The translations under genes and the position numbers were made by a program. This document shows, in pieces, positions 1 through 9,331 of a DNA stretch of 47,731 nt. The DNA is taken from the IMG/VR virus record IMGVR_UViG_3300020469_002690, positions 1 through 47,731 of that record, one strand, 5' to 3'. Each line of letters opens with the position of its first letter. Within the stretch, counting starts at the first letter, position 1. The notes beneath the pieces were generated by a model that saw only the letters and a program-made list of their open reading frames with translations, was not told the DNA's origin and ran no database searches. The stretch comes from a virus. Its lineage: Duplodnaviria > Caudoviricetes.

Positions 1-142
1 TTCTCTGACCTAAGTCTCCACATATCCTAACTAACGATACCAGATTACCGACCTACTTGGTGTCGTATTTCAATTCGAGGTAACAACTCCTCATTCATCA
101 TAGAAGAAATAACTTACTACTAGTCTTTGTTAAAGACGTGTA

Positions 143-1063
143 TTAGTCTTCCGCAGCCATTTTCGCGAAGTAAGATAGTGTATCCTCTTCATCAGCAGTA
201 GACTGTATTTCTGGTGTAGGAGCAGAAACTATGGTGGGTTCACCTACCGCTCTCAATGGTGCGGCTTCTGCTGTTTCACTCAATGATTCATTCTTCATTG
301 TTGAACCTACTCCAGTTGATAGTCCTAGAACCATTTCCAACTTTTGCTTCAACTCGTCATAAGACTTGTATGTGCTTGGTTCTGCAAACTCAGCGATGTC
401 ATGCATAGAGTTATATGCAGTAGTCAGAGAAGTTTCATCACCCTCAAGTAAAGCAGAAGGTGCTTTAAACTCTGACTTATCGTAGTTTCTGTATCCAGCA
501 ACATTACGAATTTTAAGTTGGAAGTCAGCTCCACTTTCATGATCGAAAGGATTCACTGGTGCTTCGTCTGGGAATTCTGGTTGCATCAAATCCATAATCT
601 TGTCAAAGATCTTCTTACCATATTGATACATGAAGACCTTTCCGTTATTTGATGGATTGGACGGATCACTCACGACCAAGACGTTCGACACGTAGTGTAA
701 TCTACGCTTTTGTCTTCGAGCGGTTTCTTTATCTTCCTCGATACCTGAGTTCCATAGTCGTGAGTTTAACTCACCTACAGGATCACTTTGACCAATACTG
801 GTTAGGGACTTCTCGATGTACCACTTACCAGTTGGGCCTTTGAATCCATGATCCCAATATCGAACCCAAGGGAGATCTTGACCTTCCGCAGCTGGTAGGA
901 AACGAATAACAGCATAACCATTACCCGACTCATCAACTGTAGGTTTCCACAATCTCTCGTCTTGATATTTGTTTGTTTGTTGTGTTGCGCCAGATACCTC
1001 ATTTGCGGCACTGACAAGTTTTGAAATGTCCATAGAATTGGACTTTAGACTTGCAAAAGACAT
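143..1063 (-). CDS. gp32: T4-like single-stranded DNA-binding protein gp32
   Basis: Motifs GNGYAVIRFLP, WYIEKSL, YGKKIFDKI, NYDKSEF and an acidic C-tail (DEEDTLSYFAKMAAED) typical of gp32. Confidence 0.97.
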   Translation of the reverse strand: MSFASLKSNSMDISKLVSAANEVSGATQQTNKYQDERLWKPTVDESGNGYAVIRFLPAAEGQDLPWVRYWDHGFKGPTGKWYIEKSLTSIGQSDPVGELNSRLWNSGIEEDKETARRQKRRLHYVSNVLVVSDPSNPSNNGKVFMYQYGKKIFDKIMDLMQPEFPDEAPVNPFDHESGADFQLKIRNVAGYRNYDKSEFKAPSALLEGDETSLTTAYNSMHDIAEFAEPSTYKSYDELKQKLEMVLGLSTGVGSTMKNESLSETAEAAPLRAVGEPTIVSAPTPEIQSTADEEDTLSYFAKMAAED

Positions 1064-1108
1064 ATTATATTTCCTTGTATTAGCAGTGTATTAATTGTAT
1101 CGTGGTAT

Positions 1109-1137
1109 ATTATACCACACATCGTATGTTTTGTAAA
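1109..1137 (-). promoter_or_regulatory. sigma70-type promoter for gp32
   Basis: TTTACA-17bp-TATAAT with extended -10 TG on the minus strand. Confidence 0.75.
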
Positions 1138-1160
1138 CTATTATTTGGCGTTTACTACTA

Positions 1161-1168
1161 TATTTATA
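1161..1168 (-). promoter_or_regulatory. T4-type late promoter upstream of gp32
   Basis: Exact TATAAATA at the 3' end of gp33. Confidence 0.7.
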
Positions 1169-1406
1169 CATCTAATGTGTTCATCTTTGGCAGAAAGTTT
1201 AATGACATTGCTTCTGCTTCTAGATTTTCGAGAATATTTTTATTGAGATACCGTTTTACATCTTCGGGTTCAATATTATTCTTTTCACATACATGTATTA
1301 TAGCATCCATGTAACTAAGTTTTTTAGTAAAAACTGTAGTTTCAATCAGTTTACTAAACGACTTCTTGTTTAGAAACTTCTTTTCTTCGACATCTTTCAT
1401 AATCAT
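1164..1406 (-). CDS. gp33: Late-promoter transcription coactivator gp33
   Basis: FSKLIE...SYMDAIIHVCEKNNIE...LEAEAMSLNFLPK pattern and position next to gp32; start moved to ATG 1406, which follows AGGAG at 1414-1418. Confidence 0.9.
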   Translation of the reverse strand: MIMKDVEEKKFLNKKSFSKLIETTVFTKKLSYMDAIIHVCEKNNIEPEDVKRYLNKNILENLEAEAMSLNFLPKMNTLDV

Positions 1407-1851
1407 TATGCATCTCCTGTGTCCACAAACCACCATCGATGTCTGGGTAGTAGTGTCCAACGGTTCGTTTGGGCCATCCATCAGAATGATACGCCATGGT
1501 CTTTACGACAGTTTTCATCCTACCTTCACGAAGTCTTCCATATCTGATATCATGATAAATTCCACTCACCAAATACTTCTTAAGATTAGAATGATAAACT
1601 TCTAGATCCCAATACTCACCTCTTTCCTTCCTGTTCTTAGAGGTTTTCTTATGTCTCATAGATCGCAGTTCTTCACTGATTTCTTTGATCCAAGTTTTCA
1701 CTTTCTTCCAATGAATAGGACTATCTTCATCCATACTTCTTAGGTCTTCGTGAACGGATTTAGATCCATCATGTCCTCGGGCTTCACGTGCTTTCGCAAG
1801 TCGTTCGACAGCCGCGAGTCTCTGTTCTTCACTCATACGTTTTCTAGCCAT
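1354..1851 (-). CDS. Hypothetical basic protein upstream of gp33
   Basis: 165-aa ORF overlapping the gp33 start; N-terminus RLAKAREAR resembles a family recalled from marine T4-like phages. Confidence 0.7.
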   Translation of the reverse strand: MARKRMSEEQRLAAVERLAKAREARGHDGSKSVHEDLRSMDEDSPIHWKKVKTWIKEISEELRSMRHKKTSKNRKERGEYWDLEVYHSNLKKYLVSGIYHDIRYGRLREGRMKTVVKTMAYHSDGWPKRTVGHYYPDIDGGLWTQEMHNDYERCRRKEVSKQEVV

Positions 1852-1852
1852 A

Positions 1853-2119
1853 TCACTGAGTCCAACTAAAGATATTACTTGAAAATTCTAGAACAGAGTT
1901 CAATCTAAAAGATCTCCACCCATCGGCATTTGTATCAAAACATCTGACAACTTGACGGTTGACTTTGGTTTTTCCATTTGGATCAACCTCTTGAACACCG
2001 ATAACGCTTTCGTCTAGAGTACACGTCATGTCTCTAAAGTCTCCATTGACCTTTATAAACTTGACATTCGCTGAACCTTGTTTTAAGGCTCGAATAACAT
2101 CATCATAAAAAATTTCCAC
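1853..2119 (-). CDS. WYL_2/DUF2693-like SH3 beta-barrel protein
   Basis: VKFIKVNGDFRDMTCTL...FDTNADGWRSFR matches the family pattern F.K..G..R....T...D....WRSF. Confidence 0.75.
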   Translation of the reverse strand: MEIFYDDVIRALKQGSANVKFIKVNGDFRDMTCTLDESVIGVQEVDPNGKTKVNRQVVRCFDTNADGWRSFRLNSVLEFSSNIFSWTQ

Positions 2120-2134
2120 GATTATTCTACCTCC

Positions 2135-2428
2135 TTAAAATCTATCGTATTCAGCGTCTTCTTCAGAAGTGGATTCGCCATTTTCTTCAGGATTGTGAAT
2201 GTGAAATAGAAACTTGTCATCTCCGTCTAGAAGAATAATTACTCTTTCAATAGACTTTAGAAGCTCTTCGATTCTATCTAAAACCGATTGGTCGCGATCC
2301 TCTTCCGTTTTTTCAGATTCTTTGGCATAGTCTCCCATGACCTCCAGATATACTTGACGGACAAATTCTCGAGCAATCAGATCTACATCGTTACGTGGGT
2401 AATTGCCCAAATCAATAAGATTTTTCAT
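2135..2428 (-). CDS. Hypothetical acidic protein
   Basis: 97-aa ORF, tightly packed in an early operon. Confidence 0.7.
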   Translation of the reverse strand: MKNLIDLGNYPRNDVDLIAREFVRQVYLEVMGDYAKESEKTEEDRDQSVLDRIEELLKSIERVIILLDGDDKFLFHIHNPEENGESTSEEDAEYDRF

Positions 2429-2429
2429 C

Positions 2430-2654
2430 TTAACTCCATTCTTTTTCTAGGTTTGCATTATAAACATCACCATAGTGAACTTTTGCATAATCCGCATCGT
2501 CACTCCATGATATTTTCTCTTTGTGATACTGATCATTTAGTCTAACAACTTCTTCGGTCAGTTTGTCACCACTTTGCTTTATCTTGTTTCTTTTTTGCAC
2601 CTTCATGGCTGCACGGCGAATCAAGGCAAAGCGTTCTTCTTTACTTATACTCAT
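2430..2654 (-). CDS. Hypothetical early protein
   Basis: 74-aa ORF with GAGG RBS directly after the promoter at 2688-2716. Confidence 0.7.
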   Translation of the reverse strand: MSISKEERFALIRRAAMKVQKRNKIKQSGDKLTEEVVRLNDQYHKEKISWSDDADYAKVHYGDVYNANLEKEWS

Positions 2655-2687
2655 TTATATCCTCACTTAATCATAATATAGTTGACC

Positions 2688-2716
2688 ATTATAACATACC
2701 TGACAGTCTTTGTCAA
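2688..2716 (-). promoter_or_regulatory. Early sigma70 consensus promoter
   Basis: TTGACA-17bp-TATAAT. Confidence 0.85.
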
Positions 2717-2723
2717 GAAGTTT

Positions 2724-3017
2724 TTATCTTCGCATACTTGCATGATCTTTAGCTTCTTGATCATTCATGATAGGAACCATGTTCGATTTGTGCATAGTAC
2801 TAATACCCTTTATCATTTGACCAGTATAGACATTTCTATTAGACTTTGTCGTATCCATAACACTACAATCAACCGAGGCGTACTGCGGAGTTTCTCTCCT
2901 ATACACAGGCTTTACTTGAAAAGGTTTAAACTCTGGTATCGATGATTTTTTAGATTTCCAAGCATTGAATTGTTTTTTTCTACCACTCGGATATCTTGTC
3001 ATATTTACATGTATCAT
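2724..3017 (-). CDS. Hypothetical early protein
   Basis: C-terminal YTG...GISTMHKSNMVP...MRR motif recalled from T4-like phages; start set at ATG 3017 because 3047 lies too close to the -10 box. Confidence 0.7.
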   Translation of the reverse strand: MIHVNMTRYPSGRKKQFNAWKSKKSSIPEFKPFQVKPVYRRETPQYASVDCSVMDTTKSNRNVYTGQMIKGISTMHKSNMVPIMNDQEAKDHASMRR

Positions 3018-3049
3018 AAAGTATTCCAAAAAAATTAAATAATACATGC

Positions 3050-3078
3050 ATTATACACATATAAACAAGGAAAGTCAA
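3050..3078 (-). promoter_or_regulatory. Early sigma70 promoter
   Basis: TTGACT-17bp-TATAAT. Confidence 0.8.
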
Positions 3079-3089
3079 GACTTAATTTG

Positions 3090-3097
3090 TATAAATA
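3090..3097 (+). promoter_or_regulatory. Late promoter of the only plus-strand operon
   Basis: Exact TATAAATA separated by 5 nt from ATG 3103. Confidence 0.75.
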
Positions 3098-3102
3098 CAC
3101 AT

Positions 3103-3369
3103 ATGACAGAACAATTATTTGACTTTGGTTTCACACTAGTAAACGAGGAAGAACTTGAGGCGGTACAACACGCATCATCTAAGTTAGAATCAGTCTCTTC
3201 TACTGTGGACGCTACTCAGGATCGATTAGATAAATTATTTAATGCGGTTCAACCCCTTCTCACGAATCTAAAACAGAATCCTGAGAAAGAATATATACTC
3301 TGGCCTAACAGACTAGACAAAATAGAAGAATTTGAAAGCTACATACTCAACATTTACAAAGGAAACTAA
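3103..3369 (+). CDS. Hypothetical protein (FDFGF...YILWPNR motif)
   Basis: 88-aa ORF after a late promoter; start moved from 3046 to ATG 3103. Confidence 0.75.
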   Translation: MTEQLFDFGFTLVNEEELEAVQHASSKLESVSSTVDATQDRLDKLFNAVQPLLTNLKQNPEKEYILWPNRLDKIEEFESYILNIYKGN

Positions 3370-3372
3370 TAC

Positions 3373-4242
3373 ATGTTTTTTAACACAATAAACGAAACAA
3401 TTTTAAGAGAAACTAATGAGAACGGGCCCGTTTGGCGATTTGTATATGGTAGTGAAAAAGAAGATATGGCCCGTAGTCTAAACGGTCAGATAAATGAAAA
3501 CGTAGAAGCAAACAAATTATATCTACGTCATGCCTCAAGTGATATTAACACTATTGAAGAAACTCTATCCAGAAGTCCTATGTATTGTAATTTTTTGAAG
3601 ACTAGGGGGTATGAGAATATTTTATTTGTGGGACATTTTAACACTGGACAACATTCTTGGTTGTTGCCTTGGGATGCGGACAGACATGTAGATTTACTAC
3701 CCCCAGAAAGAACAGGAATGAGTCAGTTAGTAGATCCTAACATTGTATTACAATTTATACCATTAATTTGGAAAATGTATAGTTACACAGGTGATATAAA
3801 AGTTTGTCAACCACCCGAATCAAAGCATAAAGGAATTATGCATGCTCTATATAAAAATAACGGATTGTCTAATTCTATGATTCCTACTAGTTGTCAATAT
3901 AGACACGGAATGGAAAAATTTGAATTTAATCTTTCCCTTCCTGTGGGTCAATCAAAGTTTGATGCTGTGGTTTTCTTGGGAGTTCCCAAAAATGAAGAAT
4001 CTTTCTCTTCCGAACAAGTAAAATCTTGTTTTTCTCCCATCTGTACTCCAGATTTTGACCTTGTAGATATGTATTACAACGGTGGAGATGTTACAAAGTT
4101 TATTTTCGGTGAAAAGGAAGACAATACAGAATCACTTACTAGAGTATTTTCCAATAGAAGCGAGTGGGACGTATCCGTAAGAGAAGACGGAGGAAGACCT
4201 GAAGAACTACTCTTAATGGATCGTATTATATCAGTATATTAA
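3373..4242 (+). CDS. Hypothetical 289-aa protein
   Basis: Long ORF with AGGA RBS coupled to the previous gene; no recognised motif. Confidence 0.75.
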   Translation: MFFNTINETILRETNENGPVWRFVYGSEKEDMARSLNGQINENVEANKLYLRHASSDINTIEETLSRSPMYCNFLKTRGYENILFVGHFNTGQHSWLLPWDADRHVDLLPPERTGMSQLVDPNIVLQFIPLIWKMYSYTGDIKVCQPPESKHKGIMHALYKNNGLSNSMIPTSCQYRHGMEKFEFNLSLPVGQSKFDAVVFLGVPKNEESFSSEQVKSCFSPICTPDFDLVDMYYNGGDVTKFIFGEKEDNTESLTRVFSNRSEWDVSVREDGGRPEELLLMDRIISVY

Positions 4243-4386
4243 TGCGATAAGGAACGCTACTGCACACCAGATCAGGACGTTTGGTTTATATATCCAGACG
4301 TTCTGAAAGTCATCATAAGTTTCTAAAAGAAACTTTTTAACTTTGGGCCAGTTTTCTTCAAGAAAACCTTTCATTGTCTCAATCAT
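4231..4386 (-). CDS. Small membrane protein (51 aa, not in ORF track)
   Basis: Hand translation MIETMKGFLEENW...VLIWCAVAFLIALIY*; GGAG RBS; hydrophobic C-terminus. Confidence 0.6.
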   Translation of the reverse strand: MIETMKGFLEENWPKVKKFLLETYDDFQNVWIYKPNVLIWCAVAFLIALIY

Positions 4387-4390
4387 ATCA

Positions 4391-5020
4391 TCACTCCGTA
4401 ACAGCTATAATATTTACATTTTTTCCGACTGGAAACTTTATTTTATCGTGTCTATGATAAATTGTAAATTCCACATTCGAAAATTCTTTAAAAAGATTAG
4501 ACCAGATAGGTCTCCAATTAGTCGCTAATCTATGTGTATTCAAGTTACTTCTATCCGACTCTAAGAACAAATCAGTATAACTTCTTAGATTTAAATCAAA
4601 CATAGAATCGAATCCATAAAGATGAACTTCAGTCGCTCTCATACTTCGACACGCATAATCTACCGCCATATGACCACAACTATAATTAGTTGCAGCTTGT
4701 TCTTTCTTGTGGCCTGGTAGTTGTGCGTAGGGTGGTAGATGTGTCCAGAATCCTTTTATGTTTTGAGAATATTTTAGATAAAACGCTGGATTCTTTTCCA
4801 TCCAACGTCTAGGCCTATTTCCTAGTATCCAATCGTACATTCCAAGATTTACACTTCCTTCTTGTAAGGCAGCCATCATCTTGAAGTCTACCATACAACT
4901 CGCATAAACCTCACCCCTAGTCAATTCCATAGGAGGCATATTGCATACCAAAAGTTTACCAGCACTATATCTTTTATAGAGATTAGCGTAATCACCATTT
5001 CCCAGAACATTTACTCGCAT
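4391..5020 (-). CDS. Putative glycosyltransferase-like protein (DUF115/MAF or sialyltransferase-like fold)
   Basis: VLGNG N-terminal motif and SCGHMAVDYA...EVHLYGFD motif. Confidence 0.5.
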   Translation of the reverse strand: MRVNVLGNGDYANLYKRYSAGKLLVCNMPPMELTRGEVYASCMVDFKMMAALQEGSVNLGMYDWILGNRPRRWMEKNPAFYLKYSQNIKGFWTHLPPYAQLPGHKKEQAATNYSCGHMAVDYACRSMRATEVHLYGFDSMFDLNLRSYTDLFLESDRSNLNTHRLATNWRPIWSNLFKEFSNVEFTIYHRHDKIKFPVGKNVNIIAVTE

Positions 5021-5485
5021 TTAAAGATCCAGTTTCATTTCTTCTATCAAGGACGAATAATCATCGAGACCCATTTTCTCTATCAGTAGGTCTCGATTTT
5101 TTAGGTGTTCGTCTTCTATTTCATTCTTAGATTGACCATAATACTCTACAGCATAATAGTCTCTAATCATTATATCATTTACGGTCATATAGGAATCAGT
5201 TACCTCGTCATAGACAACAAACTCCCCTAAAATCCTACCATATTTCCCTTTATTATCTAGTCTTGTTCTTAGGATGCATTTTTCACCAAGTTTAGATTCC
5301 AAAAACTTTGCAGCAGTTTTACCAAATATTTTTTCTACGGGATCTCTAGTTCGACTTTCGGGCGTATCTATTCCATAGAGTCTTATTCTTTGATTCGCAA
5401 AAACTACACCAAAGCCCAAATTGATATCCACATCGACAGTATCGCCATCGACAATTCTTATGATTTTTGAATTGTACTCGTACAT
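5021..5485 (-). CDS. Thermonuclease (SNase) family nuclease
   Basis: IVDGDTVD, RIRLYGIDTPE, GKYGRILG catalytic motifs. Confidence 0.9.
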   Translation of the reverse strand: MYEYNSKIIRIVDGDTVDVDINLGFGVVFANQRIRLYGIDTPESRTRDPVEKIFGKTAAKFLESKLGEKCILRTRLDNKGKYGRILGEFVVYDEVTDSYMTVNDIMIRDYYAVEYYGQSKNEIEDEHLKNRDLLIEKMGLDDYSSLIEEMKLDL

Positions 5486-6000
5486 TATTCTTCAACCTCG
5501 TCATATATTGTTACGTTTCTATAATAAACGATGACCTCACCAAGTTCTCTAATGTATCTTCTCAGTTCTTGTGTATTCTTAGACATCATTTTGTAATCTC
5601 CAACGGTCATAGCAACAAACACCACCTTACCGTTGTTTTTATCTTTCATTTCATCTAGAAATTTATCTAGATATGTATAACCGACAGGCCAATCTGGATT
5701 ATCTCTTTCGGTCTCAGTACAATCTTTCGGTCTCTTGAATCTTTCCTTTCCATCTTTGTCAAACTTCTTAGGTTCAAAAGATATAGTCGCCTTGCATGGG
5801 TTTGCAATAATCGCCTCAGACACGACATACCACTTCGGGTTCTCTAACTCGATTGGTCGCGGCAATGTCGGTTGTATAATCTCGATCCTTACTGGTTTAG
5901 TTATAATTTCTATCTCTTTCTCTCCAAAAATATTTTGAAGAGTACTACAACCGCTAAGGAATGTCAGGAGCATCAAGCTCGCTAATATTCTTACTATCAT
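5485..6000 (-). CDS. Outer-membrane spanin-like lipoprotein (Rz1-like)
   Basis: Lipobox LSGC, Pro-rich segment, C-terminal ELRRYIREL...YY; overlaps the end of the i-spanin. Confidence 0.75.
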   Translation of the reverse strand: MIVRILASLMLLTFLSGCSTLQNIFGEKEIEIITKPVRIEIIQPTLPRPIELENPKWYVVSEAIIANPCKATISFEPKKFDKDGKERFKRPKDCTETERDNPDWPVGYTYLDKFLDEMKDKNNGKVVFVAMTVGDYKMMSKNTQELRRYIRELGEVIVYYRNVTIYDEVEE

Positions 6001-6337
6001 TCTCTATGTCTCCAAAGACTTCTGCTGTCCCATTATTAAATCTTATTTCCATAAGACCAGGCTTTGCCTGTGCAAGTTTATCGAAATTATGTCTCGAAAA
6101 TATTGCAAGATATTGATCTTTTTCTTGTTCTATCTGATTAAAATTTCTCTGCAAATTAGTTAAAGATTTCCCTTGTTTTTCATATGATGTTTGAAGTGCG
6201 GTTATTGTTGCTTTTTGTTCTTCTACAGCAGACTCTAATTTTACCGCATTTTCTTTCAGTGTTACATTTTCGGAATATAACCACCAAGAGCCGAAAGCAA
6301 GTACCAATATTATTCCTATGAAAATTTGGTTGAACAT
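5954..6337 (-). CDS. Inner-membrane spanin-like protein (Rz-like)
   Basis: N-terminal TM helix plus coiled coil; AKPGLME motif; overlaps the lipoprotein gene by 47 nt. Confidence 0.75.
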   Translation of the reverse strand: MFNQIFIGIILVLAFGSWWLYSENVTLKENAVKLESAVEEQKATITALQTSYEKQGKSLTNLQRNFNQIEQEKDQYLAIFSRHNFDKLAQAKPGLMEIRFNNGTAEVFGDIENDSKNISELDAPDIP

Positions 6338-6612
6338 GATTTATTTTCTTCCTTTATTCTTTTAGTGTGTTCTAAAACTATTTTATACGCTCTCATTGTT
6401 TTTTCATTTTCTATTATGAGATTTTCTATAGCTCTTATTTGTATTTCGTTTTTAACTTTAAGTTTTTCTAAATTTTGATATTGATTCATTTCTCTAATCT
6501 GAGAATCTGAAACCTTTTCGTTTAAAGTTTCTATTCTCGATTGAGTGGTATCATAATACATACCAAAGACTCCAATAACCAAAACCATAACAAATATAAG
6601 ATACTGATTCAT
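6316..6612 (-). CDS. Membrane-anchored coiled-coil protein (second i-spanin-like)
   Basis: N-terminal TM helix followed by a heptad-rich segment. Confidence 0.55.
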   Translation of the reverse strand: MNQYLIFVMVLVIGVFGMYYDTTQSRIETLNEKVSDSQIREMNQYQNLEKLKVKNEIQIRAIENLIIENEKTMRAYKIVLEHTKRIKEENKSCSTKFS

Positions 6613-6621
6613 ATGTTCTCC

Positions 6622-7281
6622 TTATAATAGTTGGCCCATGAATTTTTTTCTTATAATGTTGTTACCCTTTTCACCAGTATGGTGAATCACCAAAGGGTTC
6701 TTTATATTTATACCATCAATATAGTCTAATCTCAGAGTATTATACTTATGTGGTAGGGGTTCAATCACTCCAATTTTTTGTATTTCCGAAAGAGAATGGT
6801 GAAGTATTTCTTGATCGCCCCCAACTGGTTTTTTTTCACAGAGTAATAACCATCGTCTAAGATTCCAATTGTGGTCTGTCAATACTACACCACTATTATA
6901 CCAAGTCCCATTGTTTGGTTTTCTTTTTGTCCAAGGGCGATCTTCAACCATTCCTAGTTTACCCCTTTGATAATATCTAAAAATACCGCTGATGTCTCCA
7001 ACAACTTCACAATCAGTATCCAACCAACATATGAGACGGTGCATAAAAGCTGCCTCATAAATCGCTCGTGGTTTTCTGAACCATCCGTCTGGTTGTTTGT
7101 TTTTAGTTCCGTATTTAAATACTCGGACATCAATAGATTTTAGATGTTCTATCATTTCTTCTGACATTCCAAAATCAGCTACCATTATAGGGTTATTATT
7201 GGTTTCAAAATAACAATTGAGAAACCAAGGGAGTTGCCATTCGGTATTCTTGTCACATCCTGTCAGAAACATTCCTTTCAT
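6622..7281 (-). CDS. GT-A glycosyltransferase (GT8-like)
   Basis: WLDTD DxD motif, YNSGVV, GDQEIL, HHTG. Confidence 0.8.
   Translation of the reverse strand: MKGMFLTGCDKNTEWQLPWFLNCYFETNNNPIMVADFGMSEEMIEHLKSIDVRVFKYGTKNKQPDGWFRKPRAIYEAAFMHRLICWLDTDCEVVGDISGIFRYYQRGKLGMVEDRPWTKRKPNNGTWYNSGVVLTDHNWNLRRWLLLCEKKPVGGDQEILHHSLSEIQKIGVIEPLPHKYNTLRLDYIDGINIKNPLVIHHTGEKGNNIIRKKFMGQLL
6705..6712 (-). promoter_or_regulatory. Possible late promoter for the spanin cluster
   Basis: Exact TATAAATA about 90 nt upstream of 6612; intragenic, so could be chance. Confidence 0.4.
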
Positions 7282-7931
7282 ACGGCACTTATTTCAAAAC
7301 TCGTATTATAATTGTGTTTAGCTAAACATCCCTTTGTGTTCTGAATGGTTGTAAAACTATCATCACATTCTACTATCCAAGGATATATTTCTTGAAGAAA
7401 TGGGAACGTCTTTTTATTTAAAAATAAATCAGTGGGTTTCGCGTGTATTATAGACTGACCAATTAGTATTTTAGCTGCAACTGGATTTATCATATAGGCA
7501 TGAGCGCCAGGAAAATACATTTTACTTGTAAGCGGATTTACACCCAAACGACTTGGAGTGAGATATTTTCCGTAACTAGGTTTTCCTAAATTTAAACATA
7601 GAGGATAGTTTGTTGTGATTGGAGTTATAAGTTCTTTGACTATCGCATCATGTTCGAATATAACAATAGTTTCGTTCAGTTTTACACATTCTTGCCATAA
7701 ACTGTAATGAGATAAAAACGCAGAAAGACAATTTTCCGACCTTGAATAAGGTTCAATAAAATTCTTTATGGGTAATTCTAGATTGACTGCTATTCTTATG
7801 ATATCATCTTTGGGTGTAGTTGCTTTCCATTTCTTTACTTGCAACCCGTACTTCTGACCAGAGTTTATACATCTTTCGGCTGATTTTTCAGACTTTTCAT
7901 GTCCTTCAATAGTAATTACAAATGCTCTCAC
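7278..7931 (-). CDS. Glycosyltransferase family 25
   Basis: AFLSHYSLW, IFEHDA, GAHAYMINP..A, D motifs; likely GTG start at 7931. Confidence 0.85.
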   Translation of the reverse strand: MRAFVITIEGHEKSEKSAERCINSGQKYGLQVKKWKATTPKDDIIRIAVNLELPIKNFIEPYSRSENCLSAFLSHYSLWQECVKLNETIVIFEHDAIVKELITPITTNYPLCLNLGKPSYGKYLTPSRLGVNPLTSKMYFPGAHAYMINPVAAKILIGQSIIHAKPTDLFLNKKTFPFLQEIYPWIVECDDSFTTIQNTKGCLAKHNYNTSFEISAV

Positions 7932-7935
7932 GTCA

Positions 7936-8670
7936 CTACCCTGTAGTTGTAGATTTAGTCCCTTGTACCTTCGTGTAATAAGGATACACAACCTTTAGTT
8001 TATTATTTAGTAATTCTTTACACATGATGGCGTCGTTAGGCCATCCTCCAAATTCTGTAATCAAGTCTAGTAAAACTTTTGCTCCATATGGTTTTATATA
8101 GTATGCCGAATTACCAGCGATTCCCTGTGGAACACATTTTTCTCCAGTTCTATTTACTGTAGGTGTATTGTGAAATCCTTCACGCACGCTAACTTTATCA
8201 TGAAAGATTTGAGATCGTCTAGTCGCTCCTCGTGGATCATTCAATCCAACAATTTCGCAATTGCAATTGTCCATGTCTTTTACTGAAAATTTTCTAGTAA
8301 AGAGAGAATCGGATTCTAATATAAGAATGGGTTCATCTAATAAGACACACTTTTCCCATAATCTCATATGAGAAATAAGACAGGCTTCTATTTTTCTTTG
8401 ATCTTTAGCTTGATATGTGGGTTTGTATAACCCTGACTTGATACAATATTCTTCAGAACTTTTACTTTCAGGCCAAGACCATTTGTAAGAAGTCCAATCA
8501 AAATATTTGAATTGTGTTTGTAAGTGAATGGATATTTTTGGTGGGGTGGTCGCATCAAAAAGAAGGGGAGTGATCTCACTCCCCGATTTCTCTATCGATT
8601 CGACTAGTCTTTTGGTTAATTCTATTTGACTTTTTTCACTTTTTAATGTAATAATATGGGCGTCAATCAT
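7936..8670 (-). CDS. Glycosyltransferase family 25
   Basis: ACLISHMRLW, ILESD, GNSAYYIKP.GA, ND motifs. Confidence 0.85.
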   Translation of the reverse strand: MIDAHIITLKSEKSQIELTKRLVESIEKSGSEITPLLFDATTPPKISIHLQTQFKYFDWTSYKWSWPESKSSEEYCIKSGLYKPTYQAKDQRKIEACLISHMRLWEKCVLLDEPILILESDSLFTRKFSVKDMDNCNCEIVGLNDPRGATRRSQIFHDKVSVREGFHNTPTVNRTGEKCVPQGIAGNSAYYIKPYGAKVLLDLITEFGGWPNDAIMCKELLNNKLKVVYPYYTKVQGTKSTTTG

Positions 8671-8677
8671 GATATAA

Positions 8678-9331
8678 TTAGGTCAATTTGCTTTGTATAT
8701 ACTCCAATTGTGACTGGTTAAAAACTACTCGTGAGATTCCAACACTGTCATTGTATTCGGTAGGACGACTTTCTCGGTAATTTTTAACATTCGAGTTATT
8801 AACAACAAAGTCAACTACCGACAAGTCTACACTATCTTCATTTAGTTCACCCATACATCTGTGAAGTAATCTAGTCAACCAAGTTTCTGGATATTCTACC
8901 ATATTTTCATAAGGAATTACATCACAGAAATCAATTCCATATGTATTGTGGTTAAACCAAAACGCAGTTCTTGCACCAGAGGATCCACTGAGAAAATCTT
9001 CTGCGGTTAAATTTGGATGTTTTTCTTTATGATCCAAATAAACAGCCGCCAAACAATCTGAAGGATCTCTAGATATTAATATTTTTTGATGGGGTTCTAT
9101 TTTTCTTACAGTACCGAGACTGTTAGCTGAATCACCCTCACCATAGTGCAAATAGGTAGGCACCAAAGGATGAAATCCATAGTCAGAACCACATAAAGCT
9201 GTTTCTACGGAATCTCTACCTGTTACGCCATATTTTTCAATTATATATTGACCCACTAAACTAGTAGCTAAGTAGGCTCCACCGTGTGGATAACTTACAG
9301 CAAATCTTGAAAGCTGTTCTTGTGTTTTCAT
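8678..9331 (-). CDS. Divergent sulfotransferase-like protein
   Basis: VSYPHGG (variant of the PAPS 5'-PSB loop), RDPSDCL (3'-PB-like), YENM. Confidence 0.55.
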   Translation of the reverse strand: MKTQEQLSRFAVSYPHGGAYLATSLVGQYIIEKYGVTGRDSVETALCGSDYGFHPLVPTYLHYGEGDSANSLGTVRKIEPHQKILISRDPSDCLAAVYLDHKEKHPNLTAEDFLSGSSGARTAFWFNHNTYGIDFCDVIPYENMVEYPETWLTRLLHRCMGELNEDSVDLSVVDFVVNNSNVKNYRESRPTEYNDSVGISRVVFNQSQLEYIQSKLT

